In this document: piece by piece, positions 37,672 through 47,879 of the stretch
How positions within the stretch are numbered: position 1 is the stretch's first letter
How the letters are laid out: every line of letters begins with the position of its first letter
Source of the DNA: Escherichia phage 235Ecol030PP
Reading direction: 5' to 3' (one strand)
Sequence record: PP355091.1
Length of the DNA: 64,000 bases
Position numbers and translations under genes: made by a program
Notes under the pieces: model-generated
Told to the model about the DNA's origin: nothing
The model's database searches: none
The model's input: only the letters and a program-made list of their open reading frames with translations

Positions 37672-38144
37672 TTATTTGATTTGTTTAGCAGACCAAATGC
37701 GGTCTTTAATAATTTTTTGGATGTCTTCAACATACTCAAGAGAATGAGCATGTGGGTTATCTTTAAAGCTATGAGCACGAGCTAGCTTTTGGCCTTCAGT
37801 TTTGATTACTAAAAGCTCTTTAAGGATAGCTTCATATTTGGAGATAATTCCTTTAACGATATTTTTTCTTGTGCGACTTTAGGATCTGCTTTAGGAGCAG
37901 GTTTACCCGAAGCCTTTGCAAAAGCAGCGCCAGTAGCAACTAAACTTTTCCAGGCCATACTAACTGCATTTCCCGTAAATCCTTCCGCTTTCATGTCGCG
38001 TGCGAACTGGAATCGTGATTCATCAGAAGCATCTTTGTAAGAATATTTACCCGCTGCAATGGCTGCTTTTGCGACAGCTTGAATTTCGGTGCTAGATGCT
38101 TCATTTAACACCGCTTCATTTAAAAATTGAGTATATGATTTCAT
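37672..38144 (-). CDS. Internal-protein-like gene (CTS leader MKSYTQFLNEA), interrupted by a frameshift at an A6 run (37862-37867)
   Basis: Track ORF 37809-38144 (111 aa); one extra A in the A6 run joins it to a 65-codon ORF ending at 37672; late promoter immediately upstream. Confidence 0.5.
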
Positions 38145-38184
38145 CTTATTTCCTGTTTTAATTCGTGGTTTTAATATACTACTA

Positions 38185-38192
38185 TATTTATA
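38185..38192 (-). promoter_or_regulatory. T4 late promoter (TATAAATA) upstream of IP-like gene
   Basis: Minus-strand TATAAATA at 38185-38192, about 40 nt upstream of ATG at 38144. Confidence 0.5.
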
Positions 38193-38221
38193 CCAAAAAG
38201 CCCCAACCTTTCGGTCGGGGC
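38193..38221 (-). terminator. Intrinsic terminator (GCCCCGACC-GAAA-GGUUGGGGC plus U5)
   Basis: Near-identical to hairpin at 37634-37663; closes the stable-RNA region. Confidence 0.65.
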
Positions 38222-38529
38222 TAAGCCTTGCGGCAACCTTGTCGGGGTTCCACCTGCTAAGGCAAGTGTTTGTACGAAACGCCGGGATTCGAACCCGGTT
38301 ATTAAGCAGTTGACGCTACTCAATATTTTTAAAAGGCCATATCTCGACCATATCCGAACGTTCCGTCAAAAACGCTACTCGGTTTACGGCAAAGATATTT
38401 CCTCGAATCGATAATTCGGTGCGCCGTTTCTGCTGTGATAGTAAAGAGCCAGAACACAGTAAAACTGTGGGAGGAAACTATACTCCAGGGAACATCAGTC
38501 CGACGACTTACCGGTAGCGACCCGGTTTC
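38222..38529 (-). ncRNA. Putative phage stable RNA region (T4 RNA C / RNA D-like, tRNA-like elements); boundaries approximate
   Basis: No ORF; contains tRNA-like T-arm CCGGG-UUCGAAU-CCCGG at 38281-38298; follows tRNA-Arg locus and ends at terminator, as for T4 species 1/2 RNAs. Confidence 0.4.
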
Positions 38530-38880
38530 TTAGTATTCTTTTAAAGCATCAACCTGTTCACGACGTTTACGCCATAAATCAATTACTTCATACGCAGATT
38601 CAGCATTTCGAATTGGACGGCATTTATATAAAGACTTGTGATTTTGATATTGTGTAGATAACGGAATTTTATCTAAAAGGTCTTTACGTTCAAAATATTC
38701 GTAACCATCTAAACCAAATGAACGATTTTTGAGAAATTGCCAATGACCATATTCGTTTTCGACATAAACATAATCTGCATGCTGATAAAGCAAATTAATT
38801 ACACGTTCAGAAATAACAGTATCATTATGATTAAAATAGAATGTTAAATCATGAACTACTAAATAAACATTACCTTTCAT
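38530..38880 (-). CDS. Hypothetical protein
   Basis: 116-aa ORF directly downstream of tRNA-Arg. Confidence 0.45.
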   Translation of the reverse strand: MKGNVYLVVHDLTFYFNHNDTVISERVINLLYQHADYVYVENEYGHWQFLKNRSFGLDGYEYFERKDLLDKIPLSTQYQNHKSLYKCRPIRNAESAYEVIDLWRKRREQVDALKEY

Positions 38881-38898
38881 ATTTTCCTCACTTATAAT

Positions 38899-38974
38899 TG
38901 GTCGAGGCAGTAGGGATCGAACCTACGACCCAGGACTTAGAAGGTCCTTGCTCTTCCTTCTGAGCTATGCCCCG
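38899..38974 (-). tRNA. tRNA-Arg (anticodon TCT), CCA encoded
   Basis: Manual fold: acceptor CGGGGCA/TGCCTCG, anticodon stem AGGAC/GTCCT, loop CUUCUAA, T-arm GTAGG-TTCGATC-CCTAC; 76 nt. Confidence 0.85.
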
Positions 38975-38977
38975 TAA

Positions 38978-39643
38978 TTAAAATTTCATTTTTCGACCTT
39001 TAAACCATCCTTCTGGAATTGGGTCAGTTTTCTTAATACGTTTAGAAACTTTTTCATCTAATGAATGAATCCACATCATACCAAATTGGGAATTCTTTTC
39101 GCCCTGTTGATGTTTATTTCTGGCGTGAGATTCTTTCATTTTATTAATAGTTTCAGGAGTATGATGCTTATTTAAAAATCTGCTATTATTTAAAAATTTT
39201 TCCCTGTATTCAGGAGTTGACCACAAGCGTTTAAATACATTTGAACCATGTTTACGATATTTTTCTTGAAGTAAAATATCATTTTTAAAACGTGACTTAA
39301 ACGATTTAGCTCCTTTTAAGCTAGCATCTTTCTTCTGGTTTAGCATCCCAGGAATATTTACATGATCCCATCCACCTTCACCACCAAGTTTTAAATTATA
39401 CACATCTGGTCTATTTAAAAACTCTTCTGTGACAATATTTTTCTCGGCTTCAAGCATAGATTCTTTATCGTCAAAGAACTCTAATATTTCTTTAGAAAAA
39501 TTTTCTATACCATACTTATCTTGGGCTCTTTTTAATAATTTACCAGAACCCATATATCCATCATCTAAATTTTCGGTAGAATGAGCGCCTATATAGATTT
39601 TATTATTAATTTTATTTGTTATTTTATAAATGTAATGGAACAT
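38978..39643 (-). CDS. segB: GIY-YIG homing endonuclease SegB within tRNA cluster
   Basis: 221 aa; MFHYIYKITNKINNKIYIGAHS (GIY-YIG) N-terminus; located between tRNA-Arg and main tRNA cluster as in T4. Confidence 0.85.
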   Translation of the reverse strand: MFHYIYKITNKINNKIYIGAHSTENLDDGYMGSGKLLKRAQDKYGIENFSKEILEFFDDKESMLEAEKNIVTEEFLNRPDVYNLKLGGEGGWDHVNIPGMLNQKKDASLKGAKSFKSRFKNDILLQEKYRKHGSNVFKRLWSTPEYREKFLNNSRFLNKHHTPETINKMKESHARNKHQQGEKNSQFGMMWIHSLDEKVSKRIKKTDPIPEGWFKGRKMKF

Positions 39644-39684
39644 AAATATCTCCTATTTCTAAGAGTATTTATGTTCTCAAAATA

Positions 39685-39756
39685 TGGCCCTGGGTGGAAT
39701 TGAACCACCATCTGGCGATTATGAGTCGCTTGCTTGAACCTTCCAGCTACAGGGCC
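39685..39756 (-). tRNA. tRNA-Ile (anticodon CAT; Met-type anticodon, assigned Ile by T4 precedent), CCA not encoded
   Basis: Acceptor GGCCCTG/CAGGGCC, anticodon loop CUCAUAA, T-arm GGTGG-TTCAATT-CCACC; 72 nt. Confidence 0.8.
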
Positions 39757-39762
39757 TTGATA

Positions 39763-39835
39763 TGCTGATTGACGGAATCGAACCGCCGACGTCCTCATTA
39801 CAAGTGAGGTGCTCTACCTACTGAGCTAAATCAGC
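39763..39835 (-). tRNA. tRNA-Thr (anticodon TGT), CCA not encoded
   Basis: Acceptor GCTGATT/AATCAGC, anticodon stem CCTCA/TGAGG loop CUUGUAA; 73 nt. Confidence 0.85.
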
Positions 39836-39842
39836 GAAATTA

Positions 39843-39929
39843 CGGAGGCGATAGGATTTGAACCTATGAGTCGCCGGAGCGACTGCCGGTTTTCAAGACC
39901 GGTGCATTAAACCACTCTGCCACGCCTCC
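39843..39929 (-). tRNA. tRNA-Ser (anticodon TGA), long variable arm, CCA not encoded
   Basis: Acceptor GGAGGCG/CGCCTCC, anticodon stem CCGGT/ACCGG loop CUUGAAA; 87 nt. Confidence 0.85.
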
Positions 39930-39931
39930 AG

Positions 39932-40005
39932 TCTCCGTGGCAGGATTTGAACCTACGACATTCTGCTCCCAAAGCAGACGCTCTACCAAACTGAGCTACA
40001 CGGAG
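39932..40005 (-). tRNA. tRNA-Pro (anticodon TGG), CCA not encoded; separated from tRNA-Ser by 2 nt
   Basis: Acceptor CTCCGTG/CACGGAG, anticodon stem TCTGC/GCAGA loop UUUGGGA; 74 nt. Confidence 0.85.
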
Positions 40006-40017
40006 TAAATTAAATTT

Positions 40018-40089
<72 letters not shown>

Positions 40090-40095
40090 AAACTT

Positions 40096-40182
40096 TGGTA
40101 CGAGAAGTGGGACTCGAACCCACAAGGAAATCATTCCGCAGCATTTTAAGTGCTGTGTCTTTACCAATTTGACCATTCTCGC
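40096..40182 (-). tRNA. tRNA-Leu (anticodon TAA), long variable arm, CCA encoded
   Basis: Acceptor GCGAGAA/TTCTCGT, anticodon stem CAGCA/TGCTG loop CUUAAAA; 87 nt. Confidence 0.85.
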
Positions 40183-40183
40183 G

Positions 40184-40256
40184 CTGGGAATAAAGGACTC
40201 GAACCTTTGCATCCTGGAATCAAAATCCAGTGCCTTACCAACTTGGCTAATTCCCA
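40184..40256 (-). tRNA. tRNA-Gln (anticodon TTG), CCA not encoded; 1 nt from tRNA-Leu
   Basis: Acceptor TGGGAAT/ATTCCCA, anticodon stem CTGGA/TCCAG loop UUUUGAU; 73 nt. Confidence 0.85.
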
Positions 40257-40342
40257 ATTATTAACAAAGGCTCTTTAGCAAGAACCCTTGATGATAGAGG
40301 GTATTAATCAGTGCGGTATGAGTTAATAATAACAAATAATTC

Positions 40343-40858
40343 TTAAAGCAAATTAATCATTTTAACGGTCGGCAAAACAATTTCTTCTTCAATATAAGCG
40401 AATTCGACGCTTTCAACTACACGTAGGAAATCATAGTCATAGTATTCAGAAGCATGGCCAAGAATATCAATGAGTCCTTGGGATACCTCGTCACCACTAA
40501 TAAAGAACAAGTCGAATACACGCTCTTCATCTTCTTCAGATTTATTACCAAGGTCAACTTCAATATCAAAGACCTTTTTAATAAATTCCGGGGTGAGCTG
40601 ATCAGAGAACAGTCCTTCAACCAAGTATTCATAGATAATAGATGAGCAATCACTGAATGGTGTATTACCACAATAATGTTTAGCTTTGGTACTAGAATGA
40701 CGATTCTTAAATTTCTTCAAGAGATATTTAAACTGTTGAAGCTCATGCTCTTCTACGCCAAACAATGTTTTGGTTTTATAGTTGTCACCGTCATTTTCCC
40801 AAGTAGTGACATCAATTACATAGCCCTTAGGAATTGTACTGCCTAAACGAATATTCAT
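40343..40858 (-). CDS. Hypothetical acidic protein (start at internal Met assumed)
   Basis: Track ORF 40343-40894. Confidence 0.45.
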   Translation of the reverse strand: MNIRLGSTIPKGYVIDVTTWENDGDNYKTKTLFGVEEHELQQFKYLLKKFKNRHSSTKAKHYCGNTPFSDCSSIIYEYLVEGLFSDQLTPEFIKKVFDIEVDLGNKSEEDEERVFDLFFISGDEVSQGLIDILGHASEYYDYDFLRVVESVEFAYIEEEIVLPTVKMINLL

Positions 40859-40862
40859 TTGC

Positions 40863-41159
40863 TCACCGTACCATATTAATGTAAGTATATTCAATACAAC
40901 GTAATTTCAAATGATTCTTGAAAATATCATATTCAAGAGGACCTTTTTCTGTTTCAATAAAGAAATCAAAATTTACTGTATTAAATTTACGGTCTTCCTT
41001 CACTAATTTAACTTGAGAAGATGAACGGTCAACATAAACCTTTTCAACTTCAAAACATGTTAAAACGCCATAATCATCAATCAAGGCTTTAGCCGCGTCT
41101 TGATCATATTTATATCCATTTTCAACGGACGATACTTTAGCATAAAGAATCATTATCAA
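40863..41159 (-). CDS. Hypothetical protein
   Basis: 98-aa ORF. Confidence 0.45.
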   Translation of the reverse strand: MIMILYAKVSSVENGYKYDQDAAKALIDDYGVLTCFEVEKVYVDRSSSQVKLVKEDRKFNTVNFDFFIETEKGPLEYDIFKNHLKLRCIEYTYINMVR

Positions 41160-41575
41160 CCTTCATCAACAATAGTATGAGTGTGGGCATTTACAATTTG
41201 CCACCAATCAAAGCGATTAGAACCATACATTGGTTTGTTCTCATTTTCTTTAATGATATCACGGAGTTCATCTTCAGTAGCGGCTTTCGCGATTAAATCA
41301 GCATACCCACCGCGAGGATAATAATTATCACCCGCAAAAAGTAAAAAGTTCGGTTTAATATTATTGAACTCTTCAAGAGTAATAACTTTTCCTGTCGGTT
41401 GAACAATCTCTACATATTTATATCCTAATTTTTGAGCAGCATCTACTGCTTCAAGCAGGGTATCATGAGCCCATCCAATTTGGCAATCTGGCTTTTCAGA
41501 TGGATTAGCCTGATAATCCGCGTACACTTTATACATTCTATTCACCTTTAGAAATTTTATCCATAACGATAGCAA
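41156..41575 (-). CDS. Hypothetical protein
   Basis: 139-aa ORF; start may be internal (MYKVYADYQ). Confidence 0.45.
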   Translation of the reverse strand: MLSLWIKFLKVNRMYKVYADYQANPSEKPDCQIGWAHDTLLEAVDAAQKLGYKYVEIVQPTGKVITLEEFNNIKPNFLLFAGDNYYPRGGYADLIAKAATEDELRDIIKENENKPMYGSNRFDWWQIVNAHTHTIVDEG

Positions 41576-41723
41576 TTAAACCAATTAAAAATGCTACTAC
41601 AAGTGAAAATACATTTTCTGCTGTAGTTAATAATCCGCATATAAATCCAACAAACATTGAAAAACTAAATGCAGAAGCAGAAATTGCAATAGCAACATTT
41701 CGAATTAATTCACAACGTTTCAT
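41538..41723 (-). CDS. Small membrane protein, hypothetical
   Basis: 61 aa; two hydrophobic segments. Confidence 0.4.
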   Translation of the reverse strand: MKRCELIRNVAIAISASAFSFSMFVGFICGLLTTAENVFSLVVAFLIGLIAIVMDKISKGE

Positions 41724-41751
41724 TTTATTCTCCTCAGTAGTTGATAGGGTA

Positions 41752-41781
41752 ATAGTATCACAACTAAAACCCTATGTAAAC
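41752..41781 (-). promoter_or_regulatory. T4-type early promoter
   Basis: -35 GTTTACA (41775-41781), 17-nt spacer, -10 TACTAT (41752-41757). Confidence 0.6.
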
Positions 41782-41799
41782 AACTTTGTGAAAAATTTA

Positions 41800-42084
41800 T
41801 TACAAAAGATTTTTAGCAATAATTTTAAGCTGAGCTACTGAAATATGCTTGGCTTTAAACAAAGCAGTTTCTTCAGCAGGGGAGATAATGATTGTAGCAC
41901 CATCTTTCTTAGCGGACCATCCATCACCCAGGTAAACAGTACCTTTAACTTCTTCGCCATCAACCAGGCTAATCATCGGTTTACCTTCACGTCCTTTGTT
42001 TGCTTTAATAACTTCAGAAGTAAGGGTCGCTTCAGTCAAAGTAGAAGCGTTAGTGGTTGAAGTGAATTCTTGATAAGTTTTCAT
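41800..42084 (-). CDS. ipI: Internal protein I (packaged head protein; anti-restriction in T4)
   Basis: 94 aa; CTS leader MKTYQEF; position upstream of 57B as in T4. Confidence 0.8.
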   Translation of the reverse strand: MKTYQEFTSTTNASTLTEATLTSEVIKANKGREGKPMISLVDGEEVKGTVYLGDGWSAKKDGATIIISPAEETALFKAKHISVAQLKIIAKNLL

Positions 42085-42104
42085 TTTATTTTCCTAATTA
42101 ATTT

Positions 42105-42134
42105 TGATGAGGTAATAGTATCACTACCTCATCA
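42105..42134 (-). promoter_or_regulatory. T4-type early promoter upstream of ipI
   Basis: -35 GTTTACA (42128-42134), 17-nt spacer, -10 TACTAT (42105-42110). Confidence 0.6.
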
Positions 42135-42156
42135 GCATGTAAACAACTTTGTGAAA

Positions 42157-42841
<685 letters not shown>

Positions 42842-42842
<1 letters not shown>

Positions 42843-43567
42843 TATAGTACCTTTAGTGTATTTTTAATTTTAGAAAAAAGTTCTTCAAGAGAACCATCGT
42901 TTGTAATTACTAAATCGCCATCACGAATTGGCAATCCAGCTTCTGTAATATGTGTATCATTGGATTTTTGACCAGGACGAACTACATGAATTACTGTAGC
43001 ACCCATCGCCCTAGCCGCATCCATTTCATGATCTTGACGGGTATCAGGAACGATATAATAATCATAACCTGAGTTAAATTTATCAAGATAATCTAAAGCA
43101 AATAATTTTACCCAGTACATGCGGTCGAAGTTATTAACAATCAAATCCGTACCTAGGGCTTGCATCAGACGACGGACTGACCATTGATCTTCAATATTAT
43201 TTATAACGTCAATAATCTTGTTAAATGCTACGGAATTAACTGATTCTTGTCCTTCGTCATCAAAAACAAACACACCTTTAATTGGGCTTTTACCATTAAG
43301 ATAGCAAAATGCTTGTTCCATAATCGTGATTACTTCTAATTTAGTTAGATTTAAATTAGTCTCACGATCATAGTCAATTCCTTCAAACTCTTTACGAGTT
43401 AAGCAAGGATAGTCGGTATTTGCTGCAAATACTCCCCATGCATAAGCCAATGCATCCTTAATAGGACCAGCAAGTTGGTATTTAACTGCAGAATAATTGC
43501 TCATGATAAAATCAGCAGTAGTATCTTTTCCACTACGCTTTACACCGCTTAAAAAGATTAGTTTCAT
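42842..43567 (-). CDS. 1: Deoxynucleoside monophosphate kinase gp1
   Basis: 241 aa; P-loop GVKRSGKDT; T4 gp1 length and position. Confidence 0.9.
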
Positions 43568-43616
43568 ATGTTTCTCCTCAAATTTAGTTAAGATTATAAC
43601 ACATGAAACTGAAGCA

Positions 43617-44147
43617 TTAAACTTCCGCTATAATTTTTCCATCTTTTTCTACTTGAAAATACGTATAAGGAATCGTTGCTGTACATACTAAAGCCGGGTC
43701 TGAATCTTCTGTGTAGCTAAATTCTACTTCAGATAGGTCAGAAACCCAAGGCTTATAAAAATTTATTGACATCACGATTTCAGTTTTGCTATTATCTAAA
43801 ATGTAAAGCGTAATGTATTCAGGACCTGTTTTTTGGGCAGTATTTTCACCTGTAAGATAGTTGCTAGTTCCTAGCATCCATTCATACATTCCTATCCATG
43901 ACTTAAGTTCTTCATCAACTATAAATCTCACGATGAGTGGATCGTACTCAAATGTAGCACCTGGACGTTGTGCTCGGCCCAGTCCAAACGGCCCAGTCAC
44001 GGTATCAGTAACAGGTATTCTAATTCCTGGAATAGGAACTGACTGAGCATTTAAAGTAAAAGCAGATGTAGTATTACTATGTGGTATTGATACTACAAAG
44101 TTAGTTGTATTTGCTTGGTTAAAAATTTGTTGCAGTGCTTGCGACAT
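43617..44147 (-). CDS. 3: Tail completion / sheath stabiliser gp3
   Basis: Track ORF starts at TTG (44228); ATG at 44147 with GAGGAA 5 nt upstream gives 176 aa as in T4. Confidence 0.85.
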   Translation of the reverse strand: MSQALQQIFNQANTTNFVVSIPHSNTTSAFTLNAQSVPIPGIRIPVTDTVTGPFGLGRAQRPGATFEYDPLIVRFIVDEELKSWIGMYEWMLGTSNYLTGENTAQKTGPEYITLYILDNSKTEIVMSINFYKPWVSDLSEVEFSYTEDSDPALVCTATIPYTYFQVEKDGKIIAEV

Positions 44148-44253
44148 ATATTCCTCATAATGCTTTATAACTGTTGGTGGTATAATGGGTCTAAGTCCCT
44201 TCCATTCAATTCCATTTAGAACAAACAACAGAAAAGAATGGAAGATAATAGAA

Positions 44254-45078
44254 TTAGATATTTGACCAGACTTTGTTTGCAGAGAAACGTTTTCCTTTTG
44301 AAACGAACTGCTGAAGTGGCATTAACACAACGTTCGCCCAGTCTTTCGGGGCGATTTCAACAAGGCTACCCATAATATTACCAGGTATATATGCCTTAAT
44401 CATTTGATCTGCACCCCTAAATCCTTTCACTTGACTCCAATCAATTTTTAATTTCGTTTTATTAGTAATAGTAGGTGTATTTGCATATTGCTTTAAAAGC
44501 TCTTCTAGGAATTGCTGACGAGCTTTAGGTGGAATATAGTGCAAGTTTAATCCGTACATTAAATTATGCTTACCTAAACCGAGGTAAATTATCAAAGGAA
44601 ATTTATCCCAGTAAGGAAGAGTTTCCTTGTGTTTAGCGTCATAAGCAAAAGCATATATTCGTCCCGGCTGCGGGCGAACAACTTTATGTCCTTTTACTTG
44701 CTTAATAGTTTCAGCAAACCACTTTCTGGTTTTATTATTAATTGCTGCGCCTTCATTACGAATTTTATCACGCAATGTTTGCCTGAATGAATTTATCATA
44801 AGCAGTTGTCTTTCTTGCTTATTGAGTTTATTCATTGGTTTTGATTCAAGCTTTTGAATCTTTTCAGCCGTTTTAATTCCTGAAGCATATTTTGACATTG
44901 CCGAAGTAAACGTGGAGTATTTAATTCCTCTTTCTTCAGCAAATTGCTTTCCTGTCATTCCTTTTGCTTTGGCCTTTTTATATTCAAGACCTATCTGAAT
45001 CCATTTCTTTTCGTTTAATGATTGCTTAACCTTTGGAACTTGGGGAGTGCTTTCATTAATTATTTGAAAAATAGCCAT
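44254..45078 (-). CDS. 2: DNA end protector protein gp2
   Basis: 274 aa; synteny 4-2-3-1. Confidence 0.85.
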
Positions 45079-45530
45079 TATGCCCCCTTAAAGCCAAGAG
45101 CTCGTAATCCATCTTCTGTTAGAATTCTAAATTTTATTCCACGCTTTTCAGCTAAAGCTTGCGCTGCTTTCCATTTGTCGGTATTAACAGAATATGTATA
45201 AATTTCATTCATAAATCTTTTCTTCGCTGCGGTTGTTAGATGTGCTGGTTTAACCGGTGGTTGTGTTTCTTTTTTAGGTTTTATTTCAATAAAAAATTCT
45301 TGTCCAGAAGAATCTTTCATCCAAATATCCATGAAGTATCTACGTTTTTTCCCTTCTGCATTACAAAAATAAGGAATTACTGCTGTTTCACTACCCCATG
45401 CAATAATTTCTGGATTTTTATCTAACCATTCAAAAAAGAATTTTTCCCAATTTGATCTATACGTAATTTTTTTAGGGTCACCTCTATACTTTGATATATT
45501 TTTAGGAACCCATTTTCCAGAATATGCCAT
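45078..45530 (-). CDS. 4: Head completion protein gp4
   Basis: 150 aa; late promoter upstream on minus strand. Confidence 0.85.
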
Positions 45531-45541
45531 TGGATTCTCCT

Positions 45542-45549
45542 TATAAATA
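45542..45549 (+). promoter_or_regulatory. T4 late promoter TATAAATA for gene 53
   Basis: Exact TATAAATA about 29 nt upstream of gene 53 ATG. Confidence 0.65.
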
Positions 45550-45556
45550 GATAATA

Positions 45557-45564
45557 TATTTATA
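45557..45564 (-). promoter_or_regulatory. T4 late promoter TATAAATA (minus strand) for gene 4
   Basis: Exact TATAAATA on minus strand about 27 nt upstream of gene 4 ATG; divergent with 45542-45549. Confidence 0.65.
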
Positions 45565-45577
45565 AACAGGAGGGCCC

Positions 45578-46168
45578 ATGCTCTTTACATTTTTTGATCC
45601 GATTGAATATGCGGCCAAAACGGTGAATAAAAACGCGCCGACTATTCCTATGACAGATATTTTTAGAAACTATAAAGACTATTTTAAACGCGCTCTTGCG
45701 GGATACCGCTTACGTACTTATTATATCAAAGGTTCACCACGCCCGGAAGAATTAGCAAATACTATATATGGAAATCCACAGTTGTATTGGGTTTTATTGA
45801 TGTGTAATGATAATTATGACCCGTATTATGGATGGATTACTTCACAAGAAGCAGCTTATCAAGCATCTATACAAAAATACAAAAATGTAGGTGGAGACCA
45901 AATAGTATATCATGTGAATGAGAACGGTGAAAAATTTTATAATTTAATATCATACGATGATAATCCATATGTTTGGTATGATAAAGGTGATAAAGCTAGA
46001 AAATATCCTCAATATGAAGGAGCACTTGCTGCTGTTAATACGTATGAAGATGCTGTTCTTGAAAATGAAAAACTTCGTCAAATAAAAATAATAGCAAAAT
46101 CAGACATTAATTCATTTATGAACGACCTTATACGTATAATGGAGAAATCTTATGGAAATGATAAGTAA
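45578..46168 (+). CDS. 53: Baseplate wedge protein gp53
   Basis: 196 aa; synteny before gene 5. Confidence 0.9.
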   Translation: MLFTFFDPIEYAAKTVNKNAPTIPMTDIFRNYKDYFKRALAGYRLRTYYIKGSPRPEELANTIYGNPQLYWVLLMCNDNYDPYYGWITSQEAAYQASIQKYKNVGGDQIVYHVNENGEKFYNLISYDDNPYVWYDKGDKARKYPQYEGALAAVNTYEDAVLENEKLRQIKIIAKSDINSFMNDLIRIMEKSYGNDK

Positions 46169-47879
46169 TAACCTTAATTGGTTTGTTGGTGTTGTTGAAG
46201 ATAGAATGGACCCATTAAAATTAGGTCGTGTTCGTGTTCGTGTGGTTGGTCTGCATCCACCTCAAAGAGCACAAGGCGATGTAATGGGTATTCCAACTGA
46301 AAAATTACCATGGATGTCAGTTATTCAACCTATAACTTCTGCAGCAATGTCTGGAATTGGAGGTTCTGTTACTGGACCGGTAGAAGGAACTAGAGTTTAT
46401 GGTCATTTTTTAGACAAATGGAAAACTAACGGAATTGTCCTTGGCACGTATGGTGGAATAGTTCGCGAAAAACCGAATAGACTTGAAGGATTTTCTGACC
46501 CAACTGGGCAATATCCTAGACGTTTAGGAAATGATACTAATGTATTAAACCAAGGCGGAGAAGTAGGATATGATTCGTCTTCTAACATTATCCAAGATAG
46601 TAACTTAGACACTGCAATAAATCCCGATGATAGACCACTATCAGAGATTCCAACCGATGATAATCCAAATATGTCAATGGCTGACATGCTTCGCCGTGAT
46701 GAAGGATTAAGACTAAAAGTTTATTGGGATACTGAAGGATATCCGACAATTGGTATTGGTCATCTTATCATGAAGCAGCCAGTTCGTGATATGGCTCAAA
46801 TTAATAAAGTTTTATCAAAACAAGTTGGTCGTGAAATTACTGGAAACCCAGGTTCTATTACGATGGAAGAGGCGACGACTTTATTTGAACGTGATTTGGC
46901 TGATATGCAACGGGACATTAAATCACATTCTAAAGTAGGACCAGTCTGGCAAGCTGTCAACCGTTCTCGTCAAATGGCGTTAGAAAATATGGCATTTCAA
47001 ATGGGTGTTGGCGGTGTAGCTAAATTTAACACAATGTTAACTGCTATGTTAGCCGGAGATTGGGAAAAAGCATATAAAGCCGGTCGTGATTCATTGTGGT
47101 ATCAACAAACAAAAGGCCGTGCATCCCGTGTTACCATGATTATTCTTACGGGGAATTTGGAATCATATGGTGTTGAAGTGAAAACCCCAGCTAGGTCTCT
47201 ATCAGCAATGGCTGCTACTGTAGCTAAATCTTCTGACCCGGCTGACCCTCCTATTCCAAATGACTCGAGAATTTTATTCAAAGAACCAGTTTCTTCATAT
47301 AAAGGTGAATATCCTTATGTGCATACAATGGAAACTGAAAGCGGACATATTCAGGAATTTGATGATACTCCTGGGCAAGAACGATACAGATTAGTTCATC
47401 CGACTGGAACTTATGAAGAAGTATCACCGTCAGGAAGAAGAACAAGAAAAACTGTCGATAATTTGTATGATATAACCAACGCTGATGGTAATTTTTTGGT
47501 AGCCGGTGATAAAAAGACTAACGTCGGTGGATCAGAAATTTATTACAACATGGATAATCGTCTTCACCAAATAGATGGAAGCAATACAATATTTGTACGT
47601 GGCGATGAAACTAAGACAGTTGAAGGCAATGGAACTATCCTAGTTAAAGGTAATGTTACTATTGTAGTTGAAGGTAATGCTGACATTACAGTTAAAGGAG
47701 ATGCTACCACTTTAGTTGAAGGAAATCAAACTAACACAGTAAATGGAAATCTTTCTTGGAAAGTTGCTGGGACAGTTGATTGGGACGTTGGTGGTGATTG
47801 GACAGAAAAAATGGCATCTATGAGTTCTATTTCATCTGGTCAATACACAATTGATGGATCGAGGATTGACATTGGCTAA
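46152..47879 (+). CDS. 5: Baseplate hub / tail lysozyme gp5 (cell-puncturing device)
   Basis: 575 aa; lysozyme domain motif DEGLRLKVYWDTEGYPTIGIGHL; C-terminal VxGxxxxx beta-helix repeats. Confidence 0.95.
   Translation: MEMISNNLNWFVGVVEDRMDPLKLGRVRVRVVGLHPPQRAQGDVMGIPTEKLPWMSVIQPITSAAMSGIGGSVTGPVEGTRVYGHFLDKWKTNGIVLGTYGGIVREKPNRLEGFSDPTGQYPRRLGNDTNVLNQGGEVGYDSSSNIIQDSNLDTAINPDDRPLSEIPTDDNPNMSMADMLRRDEGLRLKVYWDTEGYPTIGIGHLIMKQPVRDMAQINKVLSKQVGREITGNPGSITMEEATTLFERDLADMQRDIKSHSKVGPVWQAVNRSRQMALENMAFQMGVGGVAKFNTMLTAMLAGDWEKAYKAGRDSLWYQQTKGRASRVTMIILTGNLESYGVEVKTPARSLSAMAATVAKSSDPADPPIPNDSRILFKEPVSSYKGEYPYVHTMETESGHIQEFDDTPGQERYRLVHPTGTYEEVSPSGRRTRKTVDNLYDITNADGNFLVAGDKKTNVGGSEIYYNMDNRLHQIDGSNTIFVRGDETKTVEGNGTILVKGNVTIVVEGNADITVKGDATTLVEGNQTNTVNGNLSWKVAGTVDWDVGGDWTEKMASMSSISSGQYTIDGSRIDIG

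Noticed and set aside
38281-38298. Possible ninth tRNA at the T-arm-like CCGGG-TTCGAAT-CCCGG
   Set aside because: I could not fold a canonical acceptor stem or anticodon arm around it; assigned to the stable-RNA region instead
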